Shown here: piece by piece, positions 23,188 through 36,899 of the stretch
Layout: each line of letters begins with the position of its first letter
Position numbering within the stretch: the first letter of the stretch is position 1
DNA from: Podarcis melisellensis
Taxonomy: Eukaryota
Direction: 5' to 3' (one strand)
DNA length: 64,000 bases
Assembly: GCA_964234715.1 (NCBI GenBank)
Contig: OZ174286.1
Notes under the pieces: model-generated
The model's database searches: none
The model's input: the letters and a program-made list of their open reading frames with translations, nothing else
Told to the model about the DNA's origin: nothing
Translations under genes and position numbers: made by a program

Positions 23188-23650
23188 CAATACCACTGCT
23201 AAGGATTTGAAAACAAGTGGAGTCAGATAAACCCAGACTTTCAATATCATATCATCATCATCATTTTAAATTTCTTACCCATCCTTTACCGTGAGGTCTC
23301 ACAGGGCAGGTTACAACAATTTGTGTTCAATTTGCATTGCACAACATTGAATTTGATGGACTAATGTTCTGCCTTGGTGTTCAACAGTGTTCTTTGTCCC
23401 TGTAGTTTCCCTGAATAGGATGTTCCTGGACCCCTGGGGTCTATTCCTGATCTACTAGAAACTGATTTTAATATCATAGTTCTAAATTGTAACCTGGCCT
23501 GTAGGACCTCATGATGAAGGATGGGTAAGAAATTTAAATTAATAACGATAATAATATGATATTGAGTGCATCTTAGACTGGAAAGATTTACTTTTCAGGG
23601 TTTGGGTTTATCTGATTCCAGTTGTTTCCAAGTCCTCAGCAGTGGTATTG
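23188..23650. repeat. Long imperfect inverted repeat (foldback) in intron 14
   Basis: Outer arms 23188-23235 / 23603-23650 (43/48 by hand); inner arms ~23242-23316 / 23487-23564; ~170-nt loop. Confidence 0.85.
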
Positions 23651-24051
23651 AAGGGTAGCAGAGTTTCAGACAGGAGATGCCAGGGATTGAACTGGGACTT
23701 TCTGCCTGCAAAGCTTTTGTTCTACAAACCACGTCATGGCACACACCCCTTCACAAATCATTCAGAAATCATGGTCTGAAGTGGTGGAGGCAACCTGCAC
23801 CATCATTCTCCCAACAGCAGTCTCTGTTCACTGATCCTATACAGGTGAAGAAACCACCACATTTTCTTTTGCTTATAAGACAATATGGTTGCAAATGGGG
23901 AAATCCTTGAGGAGAAAGCAAAACGCCCCCGTCATATACCAAAATGGTGGTGGGGAGCAAACTCATTTTTAGCTATGGAACAAAAATGCTTGTGTGATCT
24001 CTGTTGTAGCTTTTGTTGTTGAAAAAAGGGGAAAGCCAAAATCATAGGTAC

Positions 24052-24250
24052 CTGCAGCAATCGGAAGCCACACTGGCATCTTGGAGTCTGCTTTGTAAGT
24101 GGACTATCTCTGCAGTATATCTTTCCTCAGTTTCTTTCAACTGCTGATGGAAATATGATCTGAGGCGCTTCACTTCCTGAGCATGTTGTTCTTCAAGTCG
24201 AGTTTTAAAGTTATCCATGTCTTCCCAACAGGGTGACCTCACTTTAAGAT
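24052..24250 (-). CDS. AKAP9: AKAP9 exon 14 (DLKVRSPCWED...QQLKETEERYTAEIVHLQSRLQ...)
   Basis: 199 nt, phase 1/2; QQLKETE..Y.AEI..LQ.RLQ motif. Confidence 0.93.
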
Positions 24251-24904
24251 CTATGTATGAACAAATCAAACAATAATTCTAAACATACCGTATGCATAAA
24301 CCGGGGTGGCGGGGTGGGGAAGCAAAGGTTACCAGAGCAACATTTCCTTTTACAACAAATACAATTTGTTTGGGGCGGTACTAGCAATCACTCCAAAGGG
24401 TTTAGGAATTCATGTGAGCTTCTCAGTAGCATCCGACTTTCAGGGTTCTCAGCCCGAGAATGACAACTGAGTGGGGCCCTCATCAAGATGGGCCAGCACT
24501 ACCAGCGGTGTCAGGGCATGTTCTAAAGGTAGAAAGATAATGAATCAAGCCCAGATTCAGGTACAGAGGTACCTTCAGAAGAGAGTGGCTCCTGGTCTTC
24601 AGCTGTGGGGAGAGCTTTCTTTTCTCCCCATTCTTGCTCCTCAACTAGCATACATGCAGTACCCAGATCAAAACGGTACCTCCATATTTCACATGAGTTG
24701 TCAGCGTTATTTTTTCATTCCACACCCTCAAAGCACTAGGCAAGTTTATTCACTCTAGAATTTCTTCAATGCTCTCCCCACCCCATGTACATTTTGAGAC
24801 TTGCCCAATATGGGAAGGGTCTGTGGCTTTGTAACCGATTTAAATGGATTTGTCTGCTTATATTACACAGATCTTCTAATTTGACTTTAAATGTATATCT
24901 TTAC

Positions 24905-25007
24905 CAGCAAGATCCTGTGACGGAGTAGGTAAACATTCTACACTCTGTTGAAGACAGTCGCTTTCTTTTCCATTGTATTCTGCAAATGATGCCTCTTGCT
25001 CTTCAAG
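24905..25007 (-). CDS. AKAP9: AKAP9 exon 13 (LEEQEASFAEYNGKES...DLA)
   Basis: 103 nt, phase 0/1 bridges exons 12 and 14; acceptor ttttctccag. Confidence 0.8.
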
Positions 25008-25706
25008 CTGGAGAAAATTAAATAGAACCAAATGGGAGACATGGAACATTAACTTTCTTTCTAAAATTGCTGCTAACATTTTACTTTTTGTATATCTTGC
25101 TGAATTCTGCATAAATGTGGACAGTTTCGAAGTTGTGATAAAACTATATTGCCACTGAAATGTATATATATCTAACTAACTCATAGCTCTTTGGTTGTGC
25201 TTAAGTTATTATGTCAACAGTCTTCGGTGCCGTCATTTCTGTGCATGTATACTCAGAAGTAAGCCCCAATGAGTTTCCAAAAATATATATTCTATCCTTA
25301 AAGAACATAAGAGAAGATGCATCTAGCTCAGCATCCTGTTGTCAGTTGTCAACCAGATTCCTGTGGGAATCCCGCAAGCAGCACCTGTGTGCAACAGCAC
25401 ATTTCCCCACTTGTGGTTCACAGCACCTGGTATACAGAGGCATACTGCCTCCCTTAAACGGAAATATAATGTAGCATTCATCAGCATTAGCCATTAATTG
25501 CCTTGTTTCATTCTCCTTAAAGCCATCCAAGCTGGTGACCATCACCACTGCTTTGGGAAGCAAGTGCCATAGTTTAACTATGAACTATGGGAGTAAGCAC
25601 TTCCCTTACCATCAGTGATATTTACAATGCAGTGTTATGCATGTGTAACTCAGAAAAGTGGCTCACTCCTTAATTCTGTCTAGGATACAAGCAAAAGGCA
25701 ACCTAC

Positions 25707-25804
25707 CTTTTTTCTGTCTTTCACAAACTTTGAATGATAGTCCAGTAATCTGTGATACTCTTCCATTATCTTGCTCAGAAGAATTTGCAGGGTTCCTTGC
25801 AAAG
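25707..25804 (-). CDS. AKAP9: AKAP9 exon 12 (ALQGTLQILLSKIMEEYHRLL...DRKK)
   Basis: 98 nt, phase 1/0; LLxKxxEEYxxLL pattern; donor AAG|GTAGGT. Confidence 0.88.
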
Positions 25805-25924
25805 CTAAAGGCAGAAAATGAATCAAACACAATTATTGTGTTGCTCTAGTGTATTCATTTCTTTTCTTTCTATAAACATTACATTAAACAGCATTCTACT
25901 GCTATGTTTTTAGAAAATGTAGTA

Positions 25925-26150
25925 CAGTGATAGCTCAGGTTAAGTACTTAATTCGTTCCGGAGGTCCGTTCTTAACCTGAAACTGTTCTTAACCTGAAGC
26001 ACCACTTTAGCTAATGGGGCCTCCTGCTGCTGCCACACTGCCAGAGCACGGTTTCTGTTCTTATCCTGAAGCAAAGTTCTTAACCCAAGGTAATAATTCT
26101 GGGTTAGCGGAGTCTGTAACCTGAAGCGTATGTAACCTGAGGTACCACTG
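25925..26150. mobile_element. Tigger/mariner-like MITE
   Basis: TA|CAGTGATAGCTCAGGTTA ... TAACCTGAGGTACCACTG|TA. Confidence 0.85.
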
Positions 26151-26951
26151 TATATTCTTTTTGCCTTGCCATGGATGGTGATTTTTCTCCTCTTCAATCA
26201 GCCAAAACATGGCATATTTTCTACAAGCAATTTATTACAAAGGGGAAATAATCCTAGCATACCATAGCCATTAAACTGTTTCCTAAATGCCGTTTTTTTG
26301 TTTTTACTGTCCCTGTTAGGTTTTAAAGTATTATGGAGCAAAATCTTGGACTTGGTTTCAGTTACTTGCTAAATGTTAAAGAGATTTTTTAAAAAAATAC
26401 TCCAGTGACCATGCTGTTGGCCCTGCAGCTCAGACTTCTGTCCCTCCAATTCTAATATCCCCTCTTTTCCAGTGAACTTGGTTCAGTTTCACCTCTCTTT
26501 TTTATTCTCTCAAGCAGCTCAGATTATTCACCCCAAGTATTTTACCATGGAGTCATGCTGTTTACTTTCCCCATTGGACCATAACAATTTTTAACTTGCT
26601 GTAGAATTCTCATGGTCAACGAACCCTTTCCTAAGTCCACTGTGTTGTCTCCCTTTAGAATTCTCAAGCCTCTTTCTTTCCAAGGCTTCCTGAATCCCAT
26701 TTAGAAAGCTAACATTCTGCCAGAATATCACTGCTCCAATTGCTCCTGTGCCATCCACTGCCATGATCAACTCTGGTAAAGAGATTTCTCTAGCTGTTTG
26801 CATAGCAAAACCCCAGCCTTGCTATGTTCCAGCCAGTGCTAGCTTCAGCTCCAAGTTGCTCCACAGATAAAAGCAGCATTTCTATGTTTACAACTGCTAC
26901 CAAGGAGATAAAAGACAGGGCTATAAAATTAAGATTTGTGTTTTTTGATAC

Positions 26952-27057
26952 CTTGAGCTTCTGCTCTTGATATTAACATTGAGTTCGATTGTTCTCTCTC
27001 CCCAGCACCAGATTCAACAGCAGGTGAAACATTTTCAAGTTGAACGCTGCAAAGGGA
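26952..27057 (-). CDS. AKAP9: AKAP9 exon 11 (SLCSVQLENVSPAVES...AEAQ)
   Basis: 106 nt, phase 0/1; LCSV start resembles recalled human exon; divergent sequence. Confidence 0.8.
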
Positions 27058-27339
27058 CTATAAACAAAGGAAGAAAGTTAAACATATTCCTATTGCATCT
27101 GACTGTATCAAGCAAACAGGACGAGGTCAATAAAACCATTATAACATCTTGATTCTTCCTCCTAAAATGGGCATGAAGAGAATTTAGCAAGAGGTAGATC
27201 CACAATTCAACAATCCTAAGAGATTCGCCCATGAGATGTAGGGATCCACAAGTGCACACAATAAAGGAACTTTTAGTTTAATTTTAATAGATGAAAGAAT
27301 ACAGGATTTGCAAATGATTTGTGGTAAAATGCTTCTCAC

Positions 27340-27419
27340 CTGAGTGAGCTTAGAACATTCTTCAGCTACTGTTTTGCTAAGCCTTTCTAGATGCACCCAT
27401 GGAGACTGGCCTTCTTCAT
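27340..27419 (-). CDS. AKAP9: AKAP9 exon 10 (DEEGQSPWVHLERLSKTVAEECSKLTQ)
   Basis: 80 nt, phase 1/0; acceptor tcacag, donor CAG|GTGAGA. Confidence 0.9.
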
Positions 27420-28142
27420 CTGTGAAGATAAACCATCACTGAAAATTATTTATTTTAGAATGCTTTCCAACAATTTGAGAAAGGGGGACAATAAAGACAG
27501 ATATTTGGGTCTGTTTTATCTATACACTATAATAAAATTCAAAATACAAAGCACAGCAATCACTTGAATGATTACAGCCACCAACCAGTGAAATTAGAAG
27601 ACAACTGTGGAAGGTCAAGGAAACATAGAGATGCCTCCAAGCAAAGGCAGGAAATGAATTGAAGCCTCTCAACATTGGACACCTAGCTACTTCTTCTGAA
27701 GTTTGGCATTTCCTAAGGAGCAACCAAATCCCACATGATAACCTTTCTCACTCATGAGAGGAAGCAGAAAGAATAAACCAACCACTTTGCACAAAGTAAA
27801 ATCTTGAGATAATATGGTGGTTGGAATTTGCTAAACCAAATGCCTGCCTCAGATTGGGAGTCAGAGTTCTGCATTTGTATACCTTAGCATCTTATGTAAA
27901 AAACAAACTACAGCATTGCTTTTTAAGGTCGAATCTGTTTAAACCGGATACAAATGTTAAATCAGAAATCACAAAATTAAAATAAGAAGACACCAAAAAC
28001 CTGCTTTATGTGCTACATCATGAGCACCATAATAATGTATGCAATGGTCTACTGCTGCCAAACTAAAACCAACTACTAATACAAAAGTACTGCCTCATAT
28101 TTAAAACTTCAAAAAGAATTTTCCTCCCCTTCACCACTTTAC

Positions 28143-28353
28143 CTAAGTTTTGATTTTTAACGTTCTGAAGATCTAGTTGGCTTTTCTTAAGTTCATTCAG
28201 TTCTTGTGCATGATGGGACTGGAGCTCTTCTTTAAGAGCAGAGAGCGCATTCTCCTTTTCATTTTCCATGCATTCGCGCACTTGGTCCACGTGAGCCGAG
28301 TAAACCAAAGACAGGCAAATGCGCTGGGCTTCCATCTGCAGTTTTAAATCGCT
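28143..28353 (-). CDS. AKAP9: AKAP9 exon 9 (SDLKLQMEAQRICLSLVYSAHVDQVRE...)
   Basis: 211 nt, phase 0/1; MEAQRICLSLVYS motif. Confidence 0.96.
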
Positions 28354-28861
28354 CTAAGTAGAGATGGGCATCGTATGAGGGTATCAATAAACGTTTTTCT
28401 AATGAATGGCTTTAAACGTAGCATCAAAACGTCGGCAAATCAGCATTTGAGCTTATTTTACAAGACTTCAATCGATCATGCAAAATTAAAAAAAAACCTG
28501 AATACCAAAGTTCTCACTAAACATTGCCACATCTCTCCCACTCCCAGCCCCACTTCTCTGTTGTTCACTCCGTTGTTCACTATGTACCATACTAGGAAAC
28601 CATGTTTCCTTTGCAAAAATTCAAATCACACTTATCCGCAAGGCTGTAACATTTGCCAGAAAATGCTGACTCTTTACTAGTCCTCATAGTGACTGGATTG
28701 ATTTAGAGGGAACATTCTCAATTTCAAAGCACAGCCACTCTTTTTAATGAGTTCAGTAGGACTTTTTTATGGGTAAATATGCATAGGATTACACGGAGAC
28801 ATATTAGCTGCTGAGACGCAAGCATAGCGGAAATGTTAATTGTGTGGGTTACCATAAATAC

Positions 28862-31282
28862 CTGTTCAGATTTCAGCATATCCAACTGCTCCTGAAGCTC
28901 ACTTTCACTTTGCAAATGGTTCAGACATGAAGAGCCTCCTGCTAGCCCATCATTCATTTGGTGAAAGTTATCCAGCAGTGATTCTGGCTCTGATATTGAA
29001 TGTTCAATTGTCTCTTCCACTGGAACATGATGAACCACACTCTGGTTTGCTATCAGCTTCTCCTCTCTTATAGCTTTGTCATAGTCTTTGTATGAATCAG
29101 GAACAAAGCCTGTGTGTTCACAAACTCTGGGGTGATCTGTCTGTAGCCCCCCATTGGGGTATTTTGTCTCATGTTCACATGAGTTCATATTCTCTTCCAG
29201 TCTGTGGCTAACTAGCACTTCTAGTTCTTTACATTTCACTGACATGTGTTCTTTATCTTGTTTTAGAGATCTAACTTCTTCATTTAATTGGCATATCTGA
29301 CTACTCTTTAATTTCAATTGTTCGGAAAGATCAGAAAGTCTCAGTGAAAGTTCTAGCTTCTCACGCTGAGTGACCTCAAGCTTTTCCATAAGCTCTGTTG
29401 TGTCTTTTTCAACAACCTCCTCAACATCAAATGTTTCTGATCTTAGGATCTTCTCTCTCTTACCACAAACAATCGTACTTTGACTTTTCAGTACAACTGA
29501 TGTATCTCCTTGTAAATGTTGGATCTCATCTGTCAAAGCCCGGAGCTTGGCTTCATATTCTGCTTCTCGCTTGTCCTTGCTCTCTTCTAAATCCAATTTT
29601 ACCTTTAGTAGAGAAGCATGGGTTTTTTGGAGTTCCTGGTAATTATGCTCAGCAAATGAAAAGGAATTCTGTAGCCTTTCAATCTCTTCTTTAAGTTCAA
29701 TATCTTGTTTTACAAGTTTCTCATTTTCTGCTATCAGATTGTCTATTCTGTTTTGCAAATCAAATTCTTCTGATTCGGAACTAATGCCATCAGGGAAGCT
29801 TTCTTCTGTATTCTTAATAGTATACTTCTTTAGCTTCTCTTTCAGAGCATTGCTTTTGTCTTCAAGAAAATTGTTTTGTGTTTCAAGTAAGGTACATTTT
29901 TCTTGAAGACTATCTTCTCGTTCTTTCATTTGCTTTTCTAATAATTCTGTTTTCAGCTGCAACACCTGAACTTCCTGCTCAAGTGTTCCCTTTTCTTTTT
30001 CTCCTAGTCTAAGCGCTTCTATCTCCTTTTGGAGGTCTTGGATCTGAAGCATCATTTCTTCAGATTTAGAATTTACAATAGACTCCTGCAAATCTTTTAG
30101 CCTTGCTATTTCTAATGTGAGCTCATTCTGCTTTGCTATTAAGTTTTCATTTTCAAATTGCATAGCTTCCATCTTTTTGCTCATTTCATTTTGTAAGTCA
30201 TCCAACTGCTGTTTCGACTGCATAATGATATTATCTTTAAGATTTTCAGTGTTTATTCTGTGCTCTTGCTGTAGATCATCTCTAAGTTTTGATAACTCTT
30301 CTTCATGGCTGAACAAAAGATGAGTCCTCAGTCTCTCTAGTTCAGCTTCTTGAGATTCAGCCATCCTGCCCAAAACTGCATCCTTTTCTCTTTCTAGCAT
30401 TTCAAGTTTTATTTTGTAATTTGTAACTTCTGCCTCATGTTTCTCTTCTAATTCTTCCCTGATCTCAGATGCAGCAGCAAGTTGTGCTTTTAGTTCTGCG
30501 GTAGTGATTTGTAACTGGTCTACTTCATGTAACTTTGATTCTCTCTCATTTATGGTCTGCTTGGCTCTCTGAATTTGCTCTCTTGCAAAGTCCAGCTCTT
30601 GACAAAGATCTTCAACTTTATTTTGCAGAGCAGACTTTTCTGAGGATAATATTTCAAGCTGCTGTGATAAATCTTGCCTCACCTTTTCTTTCTGGTAAGT
30701 AGCTTCCTGAAGCATGAGGTTCAACTCATTAATTGCAATATTCATTAAATGCATCTGGTCTTCATTAGTATTACCAGAGTGTAAACTCAACGTTCTCTCC
30801 ATATCTGCTTTTTGTTGGGCAAGAAGCTTTTCAATCTCCATTGTATGTTCCCTAACCAACTCTTGCTTCATTTGCACAATCTGCTGCCCATGAACTTCCT
30901 CCAATTCTGCTCTGAGGTCTGCAAGTCTCCTTTGTGCTTCAAGTTCCATTCTTTCTACAATATCATTGTCATGCTGGCTATCTTTGTGATATCGTTTTTG
31001 TAGCTCTTCCACAGTTCCCATTAATTGCTTTATTTCATCAGAACATTGCCTTTCCTTTTGTTTAGAGCTGCTTAATTCTACTCTCACATTCTGTATTTCT
31101 TGATTCTTTTGCAAGATCTCTTCTTTTACTTCTTCAAGTGAGTTCTCAGCAGCTGACAGTTTTTTCTGAAGAATAAATATATTTTCTTCCTCTTCTAAAA
31201 TTTTTGCCTCCAATTCTTCAATAGCTGTTTCTTTTTCCCGTAGTTTTCTCTTAGTAAAATCTTCCTCTGTTTTGCATTTTTC
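28862..31282 (-). CDS. AKAP9: AKAP9 exon 8, large coiled-coil exon (807 codons)
   Basis: Overlaps the 829-aa ORF; motif KHEAEVTNYKIKLEMLEREKDAVLGRMAESQEAELERLRTHLLFSHEEELSKL; acceptor ttacag, donor CAG|GTATTT; 2421 nt. Confidence 0.97.
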
Positions 31283-31535
31283 CTGTAATAGAAATAAGTT
31301 GCTTTGATTTCTTGAATTACCATATTTGACTTACTGCTTTATAAAAACAAAACAAAATGATTTCAAGTGGTATTGCCCATTTTCTGCATGTTCTGAGGAC
31401 AGCATATAGAGTAATTTCCAAAGCATATACACACTATTTTAAATAGATGCCTACCGTATGTACAATGTGCTTCTTTTTACTTTACGTTATCAAATTTAAC
31501 TTAAAGCCATTAACTGTTCATGTGCCTGTCCCATT

Positions 31536-31568
<33 letters not shown>

Positions 31569-32451
31569 GTGGGGAGATAATCTAATATTTACTTCACGAA
31601 AGGGAAATGAGAGAAATGAGCAGAATCCTTTCCCTGAATCATCTCCCAACTTGTTTTGATAACTCACTCTGGGTCACTTTTGTGAGGAAAATGACCAATA
31701 AATATTAAGAATAAGCATACTGGAAATGACCCAGGTTAGGAATCCTATGATGAACAGATTGGGAGCGGGAGCAGAAGGAGGAGAAGGAAAAATAGCAGTA
31801 GTGATAGTATCTGAGGTGAGAAAGTAAAGTGGAGGAAGGTTCAGCCACCCACACAACCATTTAAATGTAAACATTAGACTCCCTTTGGTCCCCACCATCC
31901 TTTTTTATATGTAATCGGGAGCGACACACAATTTAACTAGAATGACTATACCCATCACATCTATCTTATAAGATCCCCCCCACACAAACAACATGTATTA
32001 TTAATATATTACAAAAAGACACAAAAACATGAAAATCTAGTTCAACACTGCCTTTGATGGTTGTCAATGAAGTTGTTCAAATTTTGCATAAGAACTGATA
32101 AATTCTTGACCATTTATATGGCATCAAGGTATCTTCCATATATGATATTCTAAGAGGTCCAAATTCATTTCAGTTTTTTTGAGGTTGCATATATTTAATT
32201 TGTTTATTTAGTTGTCAACATATTTATATACTGCAGTACCATAGAAATATATCACAGTGGTTTAGAACAATATTTTCAATAATTCTAAAAGGAAGCACTT
32301 TTTCATAACACTCACACAAATACGCAGTGTGTTCCCGTGTTAGCATGCTGTAACAATTAGTTAATCCTATACACTTGAAGCAAAGAGATTATATCTCTTT
32401 TCAACCATCACCACATGCCTCTAAAAAACACAAGCTTAATGAGAAATATAC

Positions 32452-32649
32452 CATTTCGAAGGCAGTGACTCTCTGTTGCAAAAGGGAAACTTGCAGTTCA
32501 AAGTCTTCATTTTTCACTTGATAATTCTTCAATAGCTGCTCCTGTTCTTCTAGCTGTTGCTGATATGCAAGGATCTGCTGTTTTGCTTGCAGTAAGTCAG
32601 CAGCCGTGCTGCTATGACTAGTGTTCCTTAAAGCTTCACTTGCCTGCAA
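32452..32649 (-). CDS. AKAP9: AKAP9 exon 7 (LQASEALRNTSHSSTAADLLQAKQQ...AFEM)
   Basis: 198 nt within ORF 32401..32658; acceptor tataag (an in-frame CAG lies 6 nt downstream); donor ATG|GTATAT. Confidence 0.93.
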
Positions 32650-33298
32650 CTTATACACAGAATTACTTATTAAAGATCAACTGCTTGAATAACAATTATC
32701 AAATTATATGGTGGTTGGAGCCAATTAGCATTCTTCATTTCTTTTCCATTAAAGCAGCACATTCGTTGTATTCTAGAGAATTAATGTTGTTACTCTCTGC
32801 AAGCCTGGAGTACAATATGGGCCCGCTCAGCCTTTCCGCCACTGTATTTTTGTGGGTCATTTTTGTGAAGCAAACTGTCTTGGATGCAATGAGACAAAAT
32901 TATTTGTCCCAATAAAGGTCGCATGATGTCAGATATACATTCTCTTTCCGTAGTGCCCAAATTACAAGGAACAAAAAGTATAAGCCAAGCTGTAGCAGTT
33001 AACCTGTAGTGTGATTAGGCAAGCCAATTTATTGGCCGCACCTTCAGAGCAACCTCATAAATAAGCCCACAAAATTTATTAGCTTTAACAGAATTGCAAA
33101 CAGTTTGCACTGAGGTAAGTCCCACTTTATTCACTGGGACTAATCCCTGCACAGTGTGGGGGGTGGGCAGTGGGAGACATCAATATATCATACTGAACCT
33201 TCAGAAGCAGGACTTCCCAATGGAAGAGGAGACAGGCTGCCTTGTATGTATTTTGGCACTGCCTTCAAGGCTAATAAATTTTGTTACCAATAACTTAC

Positions 33299-33454
33299 AT
33301 GTTGAAACTGAATTTGCAGTTTTTGACTCTGTTCAGTCAATTCCAAAAATTCCTTCATTGTTTCATCCTTTTCTTTCCTTGCTTGTTGCAGATTAGCAGT
33401 GAGCTGTGTGATAATGTCATCTCTTTTTTTGATAGCAGCCTCAAATTCTTGTAA
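33299..33454 (-). CDS. AKAP9: AKAP9 exon 6 (LQEFEAAIKKRDDIITQLTANLQQ...IQFQH)
   Basis: 156 nt open; acceptor ctttag, donor CAT|GTAAGT. Confidence 0.96.
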
Positions 33455-36305
33455 CTAAAGGAGGTGAAATTGTAGTATTAACATGGTTCATATCAGCAGC
33501 AGCTATTCTGGAGAAACACTAAAAGATACATTCTGCTCCTGGTGTTTCCAGCATAGCTTTCCAAGTACGATTGTGTAAAAGAATACATATTTATTGACCA
33601 GGAACATTGTTTCCCGAATTAACACTTTAAAAGGCGAATATTTGATGGCCCTTTAAAAGTTCTATTTTTAAAGAGGTTTAAACTGAACTCTCCTGTCCCC
33701 CATTCTAAAGCTTTTCCCCAGAGGAAGATTTTGGAACTGTTTTAATAAAAACTGGAATATATATAAGCAGACTGCAGAATTCAGAGACAATACTAGAAAT
33801 ATTGCAGAAATAAAGCAGACCTTGTTGCAACCCTTTGCTCTGCCAGTTCCACTGGCCTCAGTGATGAAGGTAATGGTGACTGAACAGTAATGGATTTGGG
33901 AAAGGACTGGAACCTTCTCCAGGAGAGACCCAAAGCCTCTCTCTTCCTGTCAAACTTGATGGACCTTGCACTTCAATATAAGATTTAGAGTCTACAAACG
34001 ATTAAATACTGCCATATCTTAAAAATTCTGAACAAAGGAGTGCTGACAGTTACCACTTTGTACAAAATAGTTGCCACTATTAAAATCCACATTCAAGTCA
34101 TTTTTAAAAGCTTCTACCCACACCCAAAGCATAGCAAATGCTCTTCCAAGTCTGTAATCTGTTCCTACCAGTTGCAAAAGATGCAATGTCTGGCATTTAT
34201 AAATCCCTGACCTCTGTACATCCACTCAGGTATATTCTGGTACACAATCAAACGACAGCACAATTTTAGGGTTTTTCTGCAATATTGCATAAAAATAAAC
34301 ATGGAATACTAAATGGGCATACATGTGGGCAAAGCATCTGAAAAAGTAATACAAGACAGAAGGTGAACGAAAGGAAAGCAAAAGAATCCATGTGCCACAC
34401 ATCTCAGGTAAATATTCTCTTCTGAGACTATTCAACCAATCCAAAGGATTGAGTTTTAGCATAAAAATGGGAGCTTTTTAAATTCTAGACAAACAAAAAT
34501 TGTTTCAATGTAAAGCAGAAAACATGCACCAGTTAGCTCTCATTGAAAAGCAAAAATGCTAAGAGTAGAATTAAATCAAGAATGTCAAACTGGTACAAGG
34601 TTGTACAGTCTAAAGGAGTATCTAAGATAAGTAATTAGCACAGCAGTATGCAGTATGTTTTTAAAATCTAGATCCTTTTTCATTCATTCATTCAAGATTG
34701 CAGAACCAAGCAAAAAGCTCACAACCTCTCCAAATAATCTCCATGTAGAGTGACAATGTACAATGCAAAGCACAAATGAATGCTCACGCATACAATCTAA
34801 ACAGCAAAGTATCAAAGGAAAAACAAGACAACCTACATGAAAAGGTACACTACTAAGCTAAATGAATTTGGTCCAAAAGCAGCTTCAATTAAATGCAGCA
34901 AACAACTATAGTTGTTCATTTATTAATTTTTATTTAATCAAATATTTATCCCACCTTTTGACTCCAATGGGGCCAAGGCAGCATATACAATTTCCTTGAT
35001 TTAAGGTATTTTTTAAAAAACCAGATGCTTGGTAAGAATAAGAATTATCTGGCCTATCAGAACAAACAATGGCCAAGAACCAAAGAATCACGTGCCACCT
35101 TCCAAGTGCTTGAATACACTCCCCATTTCCTGGTTCTTCTTCCACTGCTCCTTGCTGCATCAGGTTATCTCTACACTTTCTGGAATAGTTTTTGGGATGG
35201 GATTATGGGGGATACAAAGGGAAAGGGGTTGCACAGAAAGCTTGGGCTATAAAGCACTCTCCCTAATATAAAGAAGCCCCTCACTCAGGAAACAAGTAGT
35301 GACTACTGCCACTGACAAAGACTTGTCACACTCAAAACACATTATGAAAACTATTTTTAGGAATGGAGTGGGTTTGCAAATAGACGCAATAATTTCCTTC
35401 AACATGTTTCGAATTTCCCCTCCGGATTTTTGTTTGGTTTGCAGTTGGCACTGTCCTCTGTCAGCTGATACACAGAAGCACCAGGCCAAAGGCCAAATAA
35501 TAATTTATAATAATTTCTTTTTTGTACACTGCCCGTATGACAGGGTTGCCCCAGCCACTCTATACATCTACATCTATAAATCAGATGTACATGTGTACAT
35601 TGCCCATTGACACACATGTAAATTATCTAAATGTGCATGGCGTGCATGCAAATTACCCAGCAGTGAATCTACATGGCTGGCTGAAATCTTGTTCCAGTAT
35701 GGTTGCACAAAAATTCCATGACTGGGCAGATTGCTCAGCCATGCTGTTCCCATGGTCACCCCCATCTTTACCGTGGGCAGGGACAGATGAGAAACCAATG
35801 TGGACTATAGTCACATATACACATTACATACAGAGAACCTTTAATAATATGGGGCAGACACAATTTTAGCAGTCATTTTCCTTACTTAAGAACTAGGCAG
35901 GTGATTTCATTCTGTTTGTAGTACAACTCGGGTAACAAGGTTCTTCTTGTTTAATAGGAGGAGCAAGTGCTATTTTGGCACTGTCCTTTTTAAAAACAAG
36001 AACAAAAACACATAAATAGGCTGCATTGGTGGGGATGGGACGACCCCATGTCTTTTCAATAGAGGGTCAATTTTTCTACTGCTATAATTCACAGAGCCAA
36101 GAGCAAAACTCATGAACACAAAACCAAAAGAGATAGAAAGCGTTACGACATATGGTATTCTTTCATAAAGCAAAATGATAATGAACATGGACACCACTGA
36201 CATACTTCTCTCTCACATTCAATGCCTTTGAATTATGACAAGCAATACTGAAGGACTGTGTGTACGGCTACAAAGCATGCAGAAAGCAACGTAAGGTAAT
36301 TATAC

Positions 36306-36476
36306 CTGTTGCAATCCTTCTGTACCATATGCTGCCCTCATTTCTTCTAGCTCTCTGTTTAGCTCTTCAATCTCTTGCTGTTTTCCAGCCAATTCATTCT
36401 CCATCATCTCCAGTCGTGCTATAGAATGCTGTATCCCAAGCTCAGAATAATTCTCTCCAAATCCAAATTCTTCTTC
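36306..36476 (-). CDS. AKAP9: AKAP9 exon 5 (EEEFGFGENY...YGTEGLQQ)
   Basis: 171 nt open; LEMMENELAGKQQEIEELNRELEEM; AG/GT boundaries. Confidence 0.96.
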
Positions 36477-36845
36477 CTAAACCAATCCAAGTTCCTTAGC
36501 ATCTCAGCATTTTATAAAATTTGTTCAAGGTGAGGATACTTAAAACATTTCCTTCTCATCAGATAGCACTTTAGCACATTGCTATGGAAACCTGTTTTGT
36601 TAGTATAATTTGCTCCAGAAGAGCAGTAACAATACAGCACTGCTGTGACATCAGTTATAAACTGAATTTTGTCTTCCAAAGATTACTGAAGAAGCAATAG
36701 CATACATGTATAAACTACATAAGGTAGTAAACTTTTATAGCATGCAAGCAAATGAATTTCTGTTAGCAATCCTGATACATTCCCCAATGCAAAGCATCAA
36801 GTGTGTTTAGTACTGAGTACTATGATTTAATTTTAAATACTATAC

Positions 36846-36899
36846 CCTAATAAAGTCTGCAGGTACCTCTGTTCTTGTCAAAAAACTGCAACCATTTAC
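36846..36899 (-). CDS. AKAP9: AKAP9 exon 4 (VNGCSFLTRTEVPADFIR)
   Basis: 54 nt; acceptor atacag, donor AGG|GTATAG; VNGCSF motif. Confidence 0.9.

Noticed and set aside
28724-31213. 829-aa ORF as a stand-alone gene
   Set aside because: It is AKAP9 exon 8 plus intronic read-through; the TTG start is an internal Leu
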